A stretch of 64,000 nt of DNA from Klebsormidium nitens. Its lineage: Eukaryota > Plantae > Klebsormidiophyceae. Under the pieces are notes generated by a model. That model had not been told where the DNA came from. It did no database searches and was given only the letters and a program-made list of their open reading frames with translations. Positions 35,852-47,900 of the stretch are shown here, piece after piece. Every line of letters starts with the position of its first letter. Within the stretch, counting starts at the first letter, position 1. Location of the stretch: NCBI GenBank assembly GCA_000708835.1, contig DF236967.1:310001-374000 (forward strand), in the 5' to 3' direction. A program made the translations under genes and the position numbers.

Positions 35852-36756
35852 GTTTGGTGTCTGAATTTAGTCAAGATAGGTCTATGGATTTAGTGCAGGC
35901 TTTTCTTTTTGTCTGGTGAGAGGTACGGAACTACTAGGTCACAACTTCAAACTTGACGATGCCTGATACTGGAGGAACTAGCAAGGTACAGGCCACTATG
36001 GTCACTCAGTCCATCAATGAAGCAGCTCTTGAATCCATCCTAGTCTGTGCACTAAGAAAAGTATTATCAGGAGGCAGATCTGATCGTCTGGACCTGGAAG
36101 GCACCGCTTTGAAGCACAATTGAGCAGTTGTGGTAATTGCAGGCTCGCTCTATCATGCAAATCAGGAACTCACATGTTTTCCCGGGACCCACAGCCACGA
36201 AGCAACTTGAGCTGGGCGTTGCTCCACTCCCCTCCCGGGACAGCAGACTTGAGATCCACAACATTGCCCAACTGGTTATCTATCCCGTCAAACGGGAACG
36301 CCTTGTGGGGCCCCCAATCGTGCTGCTGCCCGGTTGGGATTTTGAAGGTAGTTGATGCACCCTGCAGAGGAATACAACATCTTGTCAGACTGTGTTTGCG
36401 AGGAAAAATCGATAAAGATCTGCTCAGCCAGAACAAGACCTCGATGGGGAATGGTGAAAGGCAGCGACTGCTTACAAGTGACAATCAAAACGGTACCCAA
36501 CTGCACTTTGGAGCAGAGCAAACGAAAGCGATCAGTCTCTGAGGACTCGTACGGTGAAGGTCGTCAATAAATCAGGACCAACCGGAGTGATGCCAAGTAA
36601 GCTTTTGCCTTCATCAACGGAAGTGAGAGTCCCACGGACGCGCAAGATCGCAAACATCAGTACAGCAACACAGCGAGGAAGGACTCAAAAGACCTGCTCC
36701 AATGTAAACCAGCCAAAAGAGTCCCTGAATCATTGACGGGGGGAAAGACTGCATAC

Positions 36757-37446
36757 CTGGTCCAGCTCAGGCTCTGCTCTTCCAGCTTCTTCCCCACTGT
36801 CTGGAGGCGCGTTCAGTTTCAAATCCAGCGTCGCAAAACAGCGCAGAAGACCCCGTTCCTCCGTTCCTGCACTCCCCCTCTCTCCTTTGCGTTTGTGAGC
36901 ACTGCCAGGAGAGCTCATTGCCACCCCCCCACCAGACAGCACCTCCTTGCACTCGGCGCCAGCAACGCCACTCCCCGATTTGCAACGCGCTTCTTCCAAG
37001 TTTTCCCCAGGGCTCTCTTTATCATGTTGATTGCGGAATGCAGCCACGGCCATGCCACAGTCCCCCCCATTTTCCACATCCCCATCTCTGTGATGGCACC
37101 CACTCACACTGCTGGCGCGTCCGTCGCTTTGCACCGCAACAACATTCTGCGGCGCCCCCCTCCGGAGCTCTGAGCCAGTCACAAAAACGCTCCGCAGTGT
37201 GTAGCGGTTCAAGAACAGCACGAATTGGTCGCTGCTCGACAGCGCTTCTTCCACCAGTTTGCGAGCTTTCGCATCATCCCCTGGAAGAGGACACTTTCCA
37301 GTGCGTCGAATGTGATCGCACAGTTCTGCGAGGGACATTCCCTGCTTACCAGCGTACGCAAGCAGGTCATGACAAGTAGAAATGAGGCGCTCATTTGGGG
37401 GTGCGATGGCAGCCAAGCGCGCCGCATCTTCCAAGAGGAAAGCCAT
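36757..37446 (-). CDS. Coding exon with a winged-helix (HARE-HTH-like) N-terminal region and an EAR-like LDLKLNAPP motif; probably the 5' part of the zinc-module gene
   Basis: ATG at 37446 and donor CAG/GTATGC at 36757. The peptide LISTCHDLLAYAGKQGMSLAELCDHIRRTGKCPLPGDDAKARKLVEEALSSSDQFVLFLNRYTLR resembles the recalled HARE-HTH pattern. The domain call is inference. Confidence 0.45.
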
Positions 37447-37895
37447 CCTGAGAAATCTCTACATCCCATGTAGGAACCTATCCGACCATTGGTCAAAGGC
37501 GCCTGCTTGGCGAGCAAAACAGCCCATGATTCTGAACAACTGTAATACTCACCTCGCAAGCCCGTTGTGCTTCACCAGAGCCTAAGACTGCCAGCTAGGC
37601 TCCTAGTGCTGGGTCCGCTTTAATAAATTTCGGCCAAACCTGGCCGGGTGACGCGTCCCGGCCTCTAGACCGTCGATAAAGTCTATGCACGTACACTGAT
37701 TCAGTTTGCTCGGCCCAGCGTTCCGGGCTCAACTTGTCAGCTACATGCAACTTGCTCACACTCATAGCGGCGTTACAGTGGAACACGTCAGAGGCAGTGC
37801 CAGTGGAAGCTCAATCAGTCTGCCAAATGATCAGTCACTGTTTCCCGGGTGTCCCATCTTACCACAGGCTAGTCGAGTTTACCGGCACGGTAGTA

Positions 37896-38804
37896 TGGTC
37901 CTCAAGGGAGATTTCAAGTTTTCCGCTATACAGACGGTTTTTCGCTACCCTCCGAGGTTTCAGGCTACTAGTACCGTACTCGGGGCTGCCTGACTGCCTG
38001 ACTTGCCTGGCGTTCACGATCTGCCTGACCGGACTGACTAATTGACCGCCTGACTGCTGTCCCCTGTCACCTGCCTGACCGGACTGACTGACTGACCGCC
38101 TGACCACTCTCTCGACCTAACCAACCTGACTGACTGACTGCCCGACCGCCCGCCTGTCACATATTTCTTCCCTAACCACTGCCTGACTGACTAACCGACT
38201 GACCGACGTACACACTGCATCACTCATATACCGGTAGTCTAACCAGCATGACTAACCAACCAGCTCCCCCGCTGACTGACCGACTGACTGACTACCGGTA
38301 CATTAAGCACACCTTGCAACTGGTACATACCTTACCCGTCACCCCGGGATGACTGTGTTAGTAAGAAATTGTGATATTCACCTTTAGCTCGTGCAAGGGG
38401 TGTGTCCCAAGCAGGACCACCCCGGCCTTCGGCCCCCACCTGCCTACCCCCCCTTCCCACTTCATCACAGGTAGGTACGTATACGCAGATCCTTGTCACA
38501 TACGGATCCGTTGCTACATGAGCAGGTAGCGGTATCTACGTACCTACCTACCGGCAGCTACGATAACCGGTGAAACCGGGAACGCGCCGGTTAGGCAGTC
38601 AGTCAGTCAGCGGCGGTTAGCATGTATACAACCCGTATACAAGACCGCAACACAGTCTAACAAGCTCCGGTCAGGAAGTCAGTCAGTCAGAACAGGAAGG
38701 ATCATTCGCCAACATGGTTCACACAGGATTCCGCTGGAACAGCTAGTAGACACGGCCGGAATCCGCGCTAATCAACCGGAGCTTAAAATCTCCCTTGGGG
38801 ACCA
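37896..38804. mobile_element. Non-autonomous foldback/MITE-like element, about 909 bp, with 23-bp terminal inverted repeats and inverted subterminal (CTGA)n arrays
   Basis: 37896-37918 TGGTCCTCAAGGGAGATTTCAAG versus the reverse complement of 38782-38804, TGGTCCCCAAGGGAGATTTTAAG (21/23 match). CTGA/CCGA repeats lie on the left and TCAG repeats on the right. There is an internal perfect 13-bp inverted repeat. No TSD and no coding potential are visible. Confidence 0.65.
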
Positions 38805-40172
38805 GATTAGCGGGCCCCTAAGCCAGTTGCCCGCCAGTTGGTGTGCAAATGTTTAGTGAAGGATCAGCTCTGGCACTGCAGCGCTGCACGCGCCAGTGCG
38901 CCACGAGGGTTGAGAATGCTGTGCGATCAGACAACCTTCACAAGCCAAATACCTGGGATCAACACTGATCAGCTCTATCAGTGCTTTTGGTTCTTGATTG
39001 CAACTGGCCGGGTCGTATCAGTGACGACCGCAGTAAATAAACTGTGACACGTGATCTCTTAAGTTGGGCTGCCGACAAGCAGCCTTTCAAGCCCTTTGAC
39101 CTCTGCTATCGTTATGGACAGTACGTTTGAGTACTGACACTGCATATCACGTCAGAAAAGTCGTGCAGTGGCGCAATTCGGATGAGTCTTAATGACGATT
39201 CAAAAACAGCAGCCACGTCTAGCCAGTAATCCCGCTCGCGGCCCACTCCGAAAGTGCCACCTCCCACTCGGTTTGCTAGCTAGAAGTAACTTGTTACCGC
39301 CTTGTTCTTTCTGCAATCCATGGATCGCGCCCGCCACCAGAAGGTCCTCAGCCTAATCTATGACGGTCCATTTGGCCGGAATTCCGCCCGGAACTCATTC
39401 AAACAACCGTTCTGATACAATGATGCTGTATAATCATAAATCTTATTTGTAGTACCTAAGTACGACCATTTCATGGGCGCTTCGAAAATCGAAGTTTGTA
39501 TTAGCGGCCTAAACTTTCGTACAAGCTATCATCATGCAGTGCACTCATAGCGTGGAGGCATATGATCTGCTCAAGTTCCATCATCTAAACAACGGTCATC
39601 ACCACGGTCATCATGGGTAAGAATGTACGAACGGGTCACCACGAATCCTCCACGAATGCACTGGCATGCTGAGCCCGGGCCTCCAAAGACTCCTCTCAGT
39701 GGATGGTTGAGTAGCCTGGCCTCAGCCTGGCCTCAGCTCTTCGAAGCACGATATGTACAATAATCAATGATTGGTAGTAGATGATCCGTCACTTCTAGTA
39801 CCACAGACGGATGGCCGTCCAGCTTAGCTAAGTCGATCACTCACTTCTGGTTTCAAACACCCCAGGCAACCAGTTCTTCCTACCGCAAAGACATTGAATC
39901 GATTCGACTCTTACCTAATCGAGTGTCTTGAAAGCATCCTGTGATCAACCAGATTCCTTATGCCCCGATCTACGCCGAGCTCACCGCCGTACGCATCTTC
40001 GGATTTCTGAATGTTCCCCCGATCTTCATACTGCTTCGTCCCGGCCTCCGGGAGCGTGCCGAATCTCGTCATTCTGACGGGCCCAAATCGAAATGCCATC
40101 CCAATTAGTTAAAAATACCCCCCGCCACTGCGATCCCGGCCAATCTCGATGCACCGAACTTATCCCCCGGGC

Positions 40173-43100
40173 TCAGACGTCGACCACGAACTCCCGCCCC
40201 GCTCGCAACTGCAGCCGCTCCACCTCATTGAGCACCCGGAAGAAGTCCAGGAACAACCGGGACTCCCTCCCGAACAGGCCGCTCCGGCCGCCCGCGGTGT
40301 TGTTCGGGCCCCGGTTGTTGCCCGTTAGCTGGTTGCACGGGCTGCCGCCCACCAACAGATCCAACGGCCCCGCTGCGACGAGCTCCGCAATCTTCCGGGT
40401 AGTCAGCAATCTGACGTCATCAATGAATTCTAGGCATCCAGTCCGGTCCAGACCGTTCCGCTTCCACCAATTTTGGACCACCGTCCGGCAGTGCTCGTTG
40501 TTCTCGACGCTGATGTACCGCTTGATGGGCACCGCGCGGCGATGCACCGCCACGCCGGCGCCCCCGATTCCGTCGAAGAGCGAGAGGACGGAGATTCCGC
40601 CCGGAATGGACCGGAAGTAGGTGTGCAGCGGCGATATGACGTCCGCAATTGTGTCCACCTGCACGGGCGCGAACGTTGGCCGCTGCTCTAGTTGCGTACA
40701 GATTGCTTCGTTTGCTGCTTCCTAGCTCCGGATCCGTTTTTATATGTCAGATTTTAGACGGCGCGTTAGCCGAGACAAAAGGCCGGACAAGCGCGGTACG
40801 CCCCTATATCTGGACAGGTTCACGACTGCTCTCGGCTACTCCAGACCTATCGGTCACGTGTAGCCGGGCCACTTTTGCTGAACGTAGTCGGGTAGACTTG
40901 TGCTTTTGTACGCAACACGTTGCGGAACCCTTCAGTAGACATACAACTTTCTTCAGATGGTTGAGTCGACAAGCGCAAAGAAGATCTTCAGCAGATGTCC
41001 AAACATAAAGAGCCGTGACTTTTCAAACAGGTTGCCGGACCTGTTCGTGTAATAGGAGGCATAGGAGGCTTCTTAAAGAGGAGCTTTGCCCGGCTAGTTA
41101 TCCGCTGCGAAGACGAAGCGCCAAGTGGTCGAAAGCGGGACACAGCTGGATCCGATTCAACAACTTCTCCGCTCCTGGCAGAATTTTTCCAGACGCGGAA
41201 TAATCTCGTTATGAAAGAAAAAGGGACCTCAAAAGCTCGAAACGTTTGAACGCCCGGGACTCGTGTCCCGCACGTACGTCCAGGAAATAAACTTCAAGAG
41301 AGATAATCATAAGCCAAGATGTGATAAAAGCTCCGAACAAAATTGAAAACCCCAACCCAAAAAGATACCTGCTCCGCACCTATACCCACCCTAACCAACA
41401 AAATAAACAAGAAGACAACTAACCCAACCAGTCCCAGTGCGGCTACCTAATGATTATCTCTGCTTATATTTGTCTTGAGTTCAATTACCTGGAACGCGTT
41501 CCCGAGCGCTTTGAAGACTTCGCCGCGGGGGATCCCGCACCGCGTGTGGCCCTCAGGGAAGCCCATGATCCGCTCGACCTCCTCCGCGTGGATGTTGGCT
41601 ACGCTGGTGGGGCTTGTAAAGATCAGGTTGTTGCTCCTGCAGAAAAGGGAAATTCCCTTTTTTTCAGTGGGACACTTCCGACCCCAGCGGGGGTCGGCAC
41701 GTTTTCCGCCTTAGACAAGTTGATTACAAAGCTTACGAAGTCTGGCTCTTGCTTGCTCATTGGGCTGACTGACTGTCGGCCCCAGTCCAATAAGTACGCC
41801 CGAGAAGAATAGACTGTAGCCTCCGGCAGTCAGTCACGCCCTTGGTTTGCAGTAAACTGATTCTCCCAACAGCCGCTCGCAAGGGCCGTTTGCAGCCTCT
41901 GTGAAGGCTGCAAAGCTTGTACATTTGAAAGGACTTGAGAATGAGAAGCAAACGGATCAAAGGAATGGTTCACGATTGGGAAAGAAGCAAAGAGTCTATG
42001 AGCTTTAAGATCTCAGAAAAGCGAATCCTGATTGATGCTCTCAAAGGAAAGGTGTCTACGCCCGAAACGCGCTAAAGTTGGCACCGGATTAATTCCGTCC
42101 CTTGGGATGATATTTTCGGAAGCAAATCGAGCTCAACAAGGTAGTGAGATTAATAAGTACACCCAGGATAGCTCTGAGAAACGTCGATGGTGACTCTATC
42201 TTGAGCGAAGCCCTCGAAGGTGTTTCCTGTTCACAACACTTGCCTAAGCGGATTTTCCTTCTCTCTTGGTAAAGCTCGAAATGATACACAACCGATTGAA
42301 ATTGACAACTCAAGAGTGTTACCTTGCGGGTGAAAAGATATCTTCCAAACTATTCGAACACACTGATCTAGTCGCTTGATGCAGAGCTTTTAATGCTAGG
42401 ACTCGCGATCAACCCGTCCCAACAAAAGATTGACCCGGATGAGGAAAAGCGGGACGCAAGATAGACTGCAGAAACAAAGAATTTAGAATCCTCAAGAAGG
42501 AAGAAATTATGGGATTGAAAAGCTGGGTAACGCAGTCAAGAAAAACAATCAGAGGCCGCACCTGATGTCGTCCCGCTCCTTAGCGGTGAGGTTTTCGTTG
42601 TTGCGCAGTTTGCGATTCAGCGCGGACAGGCTCAAAGGGTGCAGCTCTTTGGTGTTGATCATGTTCAATTTGTCGGTGATTTTGCGGCGGTCCCAATCAG
42701 GGAAGTTGCTGTGATACTCGGGCCACATTTCGGAGATGCGTAACGGGGCCAGCGGCGGGAGCGTGGTCCGACCAGCGCGGGGGATGTTGTGGGCGTACCT
42801 GGTTTCAGAATTGGGTTAAGAAGGAATTGGTGGTGCGATGAGACTGCTCCGGAAGACCCTTTAAGTCTCCGCTCAGAGAGTGTTGCAATATTACGGGTTG
42901 GCAGACAGCGAGTCTCTCCAACGATAATGTTCCTATCCGTAAGTTGCCCTGGCATAAACGGGTGAGCACTTATCACTTATCGCTGACCGCAGCCCCCGGA
43001 CTTTGTGTTCCTCGTTCCTCTTCGTTCCTTCTTTTTGTCTACCATGAACACCATCAAGCCTCCTTGCAGAAAAGGATAGTCTCCAACATGTGAACATGAG

Positions 43101-44953
43101 AGCCCAGTTTGTACACACCCAATAATGGCAAAGCTTTTGGACTCACAGTTTGCACTACTTAATCAAGTGCCTTTGGGTCCCGCTGAGCAACGGCACAAAG
43201 CGGAATCCACTCCGGCGCACCTTCTAGCAAAGATCTCAACGAAAGATCAACGGCTTGTAGAAAAGGACTCATTAGCAGAACGAAAAGATTGCCCATCGGA
43301 AGATGATAGATTGATACTTTCCTGCTGTAAGAACCGAAGCCATGATTGCAAAAAGCGGTACACAAAGCCCTCTCACTTTCGCTTGCGGGTCGCGACGGAG
43401 TACTTGACACTGTCAATCAGTTCCGGGGGGATGCCCCTCGCGTGCCGCTGCATGACGTCCCACACGTTCTCACGCTCCTCTAGTTCCAAGTCCGGACCCA
43501 AACCCCCCGGCCCGCGGTGGGCGGACGCCACGTTTTCAAACAGGAAGTGACATGTTCGGGGACCATTTTTCACCGCCCCCCGCCACTCCTCCTCAAAATC
43601 CGCGTCGCCTGCGACCTCTGCGGGGGTGCTGACGTCATCCATCACGTCAGTCTCAAACTCGTCGTCGCTTTCCGAAATGGCCCCGTCTCTCTCCAACTCC
43701 CTCGCGCCGCAACGACCCCAGCTGTCCTCGCTCTTCGACACCGTTCTCCGTCGCTTCGCGGGGCTCTTCGTTCCGCTCCGACTCCGTTCGGTGCCCTCCG
43801 GTTCCGCTTGTTTCCGCTCCTTTTCTGGTGACTTCCAAACCGAGCCGAATGTGCTGCCGCGGCCGCCTGGCGCTCCATCACCGCCTAACTTTTCCTGAGA
43901 CTGAGGTGAAACTGCCCCACTCAGCAGATCAGCACCCTCCGCCTGGCCCATGTCTGTTGCTCCGCTTGACCCGCCTCGAGTTTCCCCCAGTCTCGGAACG
44001 GCCCCGGTCGACGCCTGCTCTTCTCGGGGATCCTCCGCCCTCCTCACACCGCTTGACTGCCGAACGCACACGCTGCCTTTCCGAATTCCCTCTACGCTGG
44101 GCCGTTCATCCCACCCAATTTGCGGCGCTACTGCTTCGCTCCTTTCTGTCGACGGGTCCTTCTCCCCGGCCACTCTCCGACTCCGCTCTGTCCCCGGAGC
44201 TTCCGTCCTCTCGTTAAAAGCCGCGGTTGACTTACCCTTGTGGTGCAGCACGTTCACAAACCCGGGGGTTATCTTCGCGCCTGGTTCCACCCCCCCGTGC
44301 TCTGCAATCAGGCGCCGCCTCCGGTTGACATGCGAGGGGGGGCTGCTGTATGCTTCCTCCTCCGCGAACCCTTCGGCGCCGTTTTGGGGGGAAGATATCA
44401 AGGGTATAGAATCATTTCTGGGGGAAGGGACGACGCTCTTGAGCTTCGATGGCTGGAGATGGGTAGTGTCGACGACGCCTGAGCCTGCACTTTGCAAACA
44501 GAGCAGAGGGACACGTGTCAGACGTCTCAAGCGTTTGATATTGGCCGGCCAGCAAGATCAACGTTGATGATTTCTTTCCGAGGCATTACTGCGAGAGCGC
44601 AACAACGCCGGACCACTTTGAATCCGTCGTACTTCACTCGGACTTCGTTTCGTGAGTCCAACTCATCTAGCTCAAAGAGACAATATTGACAGTCGGTCAC
44701 AAGCCAAGAAAAACTGACAAAAATCTTCACAATACAGCAAGCTCCTCAAAAACGGTTGGCGACCCACGACGAGATCTTCCTCCACTTTCTTCGCTTCGAT
44801 CCAGTCCACCGCTTCCTCGACGCCCCTGCCTCTAGTTGCGGCCACCGCCTGCTGCGCTTGCTTCCGAGGAAAGCCCATGTCAATCAGCTTCCAAAGCCGC
44901 GTGTCTGCTTCACCGGGGGATCCCTTCACAGCCCCGGGGTTCGGAAACCCCTG
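40173..44953 (-). CDS. DRM: DRM-type (domains-rearranged) DNA cytosine-5 methyltransferase with an N-terminal UBA domain; 5' end uncertain, may extend past 46300
   Basis: UBA-like KLIDMGFPRKQAQQAVAATRGRGVEEAVDWI. Motif VI FLFENVA, then IPPELIDSVKYSVATRKR/YAHNIP, FPDWDRR..KLNMI, EEVERIMGFPEGHTR..KALGNAFQ/VDT (motifs IX-X). These are followed by motif I VLSLFDGIGG, ISVE, and motif IV DLLVGGSPCNQLTG. The permuted order VI-X then I-V is diagnostic of DRM. Confidence 0.93.
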
Positions 44954-47900
44954 CTGCGAGTGAAAGGATTCTTTTCAACCCCATTTCTATGTTGATTTGT
45001 CTTTCTTCCATTCTTTCATCCTGCCAACTTGAGCAGTAAGTGATTAGGGAGAGACTGAGGTTCTATTCTGAGTATATTTTCTCTGTAAAGAAAGTATACA
45101 AACGCCAGGAAATGATTCCTACTTCGTGAAAGATCCAGTGCTTCTTTACAGAACGTGGATTGGGCACACAGCAGATTGGACGAAAGTAAAAGCCGTTCCA
45201 ATGGTTGCTTAACATCAACTTTTCAGGATGATTACCCAACCACTACAGCACTTGTGCTAGTTTGCGCAATACGTGTGCCGAAAATTTAGATGGGCTGCAA
45301 AGCGAAAAACGAGTTTGGACACGCAGACTCCTTGCCCTATGATGGGATCCAACAACGCATCTAGAAACTTTCACTAGGTTCGTGTTCAAAAATGCTCACA
45401 AATCACTTCGTCTCATCGCACTTCTGTTGTATTTATGACAATCTGCCCACGTGTCAAATCTTCCCGTGTGCTCACTCACCGTACCCCCCGGACAGCGTAT
45501 GCTCGGGTTGCCCCCCGGGATCGAATCCCTCGGATCGCGTTTATATGTCCCAGGTACAACCGGTACTCATTTCCAAGCACGAAAAACTGAAACACCAGAA
45601 GCCGCTTGAAATGGGGCCTCAGGCGGATAGGCAGATGGGTGCCCACTTCCGCGGCGGAAGAATATTGGCTGTTCGGACAGCACGTTTATACGGACGTCGC
45701 GACGTCCGCTTCCAAACGGAGGGGCTCAATCAAGGGCCTGGGGGAAAAAAGGCGAGACCATCGACAATTACGACAGATTCAGTCACAGCAGTTGTCAACT
45801 GATGCAACAGGAGGAGCGAGATACTGGCGCCAAAAGGACTAGAATCTTTCGTGAACCGAGACGCCACTCTAACACTGAAGGCTGCGAGGTCACCACTACG
45901 AAATCCACGTTGCAGCTCGGACCCAACGTTCGAGAAGACACGTCTCAAAGATTTCCGCTTGCGGCAGTGTGATAAGCTTAAATTCTGGCTATTCTTCCCA
46001 TCCCACACGGAGGAAAAACAGGCGAAGTTTCACCATGTCAGAGAGATGAGCATCTTGTTTGCAGAAGAAGCTCAGTGTAATCTTTCGCTAGGCAAAGGGC
46101 GCATACTTAAAAGAAGCCGCGACATCCTGAGTTCTGGCAGAATCCTTGAAGTCCAAACCCTGAACTTGAAGCTTTGCACGTGCAGAAACCTCATCAAGAG
46201 ATCGCTCCAGAGCACTCTTATCTTTCTTCCAATTCCAAAGGAGTTTCGGTCCGTAACAGCCATGTCCTTCAAGTCTTCCAGGTTGACCGTAAGAAAGAGA
46301 TTCCGGGAGGTCTCGGAACTGAACGCAGACAATATGCGGCAGCGTGACGAGAGGTCGCAATCTGGTATCCGCGTCAGCAAAAAGTAAGTACCCTTGAAAT
46401 ATTCCCGCCTCACCTTTGCTCATCAGCTGGTTTGCTGATTACATAGTGCGCCCTGGCTGTGGATATCCAGATCAGATACTGCTCACAATTCAAAATTGTG
46501 GCATTCTAATGGCTGCTGCCTTCTTTCCGCCAGGATGTCCCGGCAGTTTGTGCAGCACACTGTTTCACGCAGATTAATGCAGCTATCCAGAACGGACTCA
46601 GATTTTCGACGGACGTGCGATTGCTGCTGTCACCACAGTAGTCTTGAAGCTCCTCGTTTCCCCGCCTTGCTTGCTCTCCCGTCGCGCAACAAGCGACCCC
46701 TAAGTTCAAGTCCAACCTGGCTTTAGCAACGGCTTTGAACACTCATCGTAAGTCAAAACCGTGCGTTGCTAGGACGCACGGATGCAGCACATCATCTGCG
46801 GGGGATAATGCAATTCGAGCATCCGCCAACGCAGGCTATGCTCGGTGACCATACGATTGCATCATGCACGGAACTTGCCGCCTGAACTAACCGGGGCAAA
46901 CCAACCGAGCACTGAGCACGGACATACAACACGTCCAAACTGCTGTAGGCATAAAATTTACAATCATTAACGACTCAGAATTCTGACGGGCTCACTTCAG
47001 TGCCCGTTCCATTCGTGACGCGCATGCAGCGTCGCCTTCAGCGTCCGACCATGGCGACCCTCGTGTTAGATAACACGTACAGAATCATCTCTTTCTTAAG
47101 TCCAAAGCATGGGCTTAGCCCTAAGGCCCCATTAGTTTGACTGACTACCGCCAATCAGCCGGCGGGCCCTGCAACTACATTGAAACCTCCGCAAGTGGCC
47201 CAGCGTATGACGCGCCCAAGCCTTTGATAGATTGTTATGTGCGCAGTTTCGATAGGGTGCGAGGACCGTCGCTTGGCGGGCCAATATCCCACGCTGCACA
47301 CTTTCCTTGTGCTAGTGTGTAGACCTATTTACGAGATCGACTTGCGAGTCGCGTGCCTACTATCGATTCGAGCAAGGTCTTCATGCTGTCATCACTGTAG
47401 TGGGCGTAGGATCATTGTTCCGGGAGCATCACGGGGGCAGCAAGACTTGGTCGTGGGATAGACTTAATGAAGTGCCAGACAAAAGCTCTTGCGATCGAAG
47501 TTCGACGCTTCAACGTTTGCGAAGTCCGTCTGACCGGCAGCCCCTTTGGACCTCCCCGATCTGACATCTGACATGTGTCAATCAGCCCTTCGCGCAAAGG
47601 TTTATTCTGACGTAATGCAGTTTGCAAAACAACTGAGCTGTTGGCAGCTAGCTAAACGCTCTCTTCAGTTATTTTGGTCCTAAAGAGGGCGTCCTGTTTC
47701 TCGCCCTGCTCTAGTTTCTCTGCCGAGCTGGATCTCTCATGTGTCAGAGACTTCACTCAAAGAGACTTCCCTCAAAACATTCCCTTCAGGATTCTCACTT
47801 TGACGAAGCGGTGAATGTAAGATAGGACGAAAGTGCAGACGATGGTGGCAAAGAGGACGATCCACAGTCCAATTGAATTCGCACAGAGAAAAGAGTCCAC

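Noticed and set aside
37980-38300. Interspersed CTGACTGAC repeats as a CRISPR-like array
   Set aside because: Units are microsatellite-like with irregular spacing and no constant repeat-spacer length, and the context is eukaryotic with no cas genes. They are better explained as subterminal repeats of the foldback element.
39911-40099. Short - strand ORF downstream of DRM as a possible extra terminal exon
   Set aside because: The preceding exon already ends in TGA at the expected DRM C-terminal position, and there is no convincing donor.
45517-45529. GGGATCGAATCCC resembling a tRNA T-arm/B-box
   Set aside because: There is no A-box, D-arm, anticodon arm or acceptor stem on either strand.
45851-46387. 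178-aa + strand ORF between DRM and SABRE
   Set aside because: It has no motif, random-looking composition and a non-ATG start, and it overlaps candidate DRM exons on the other strand.
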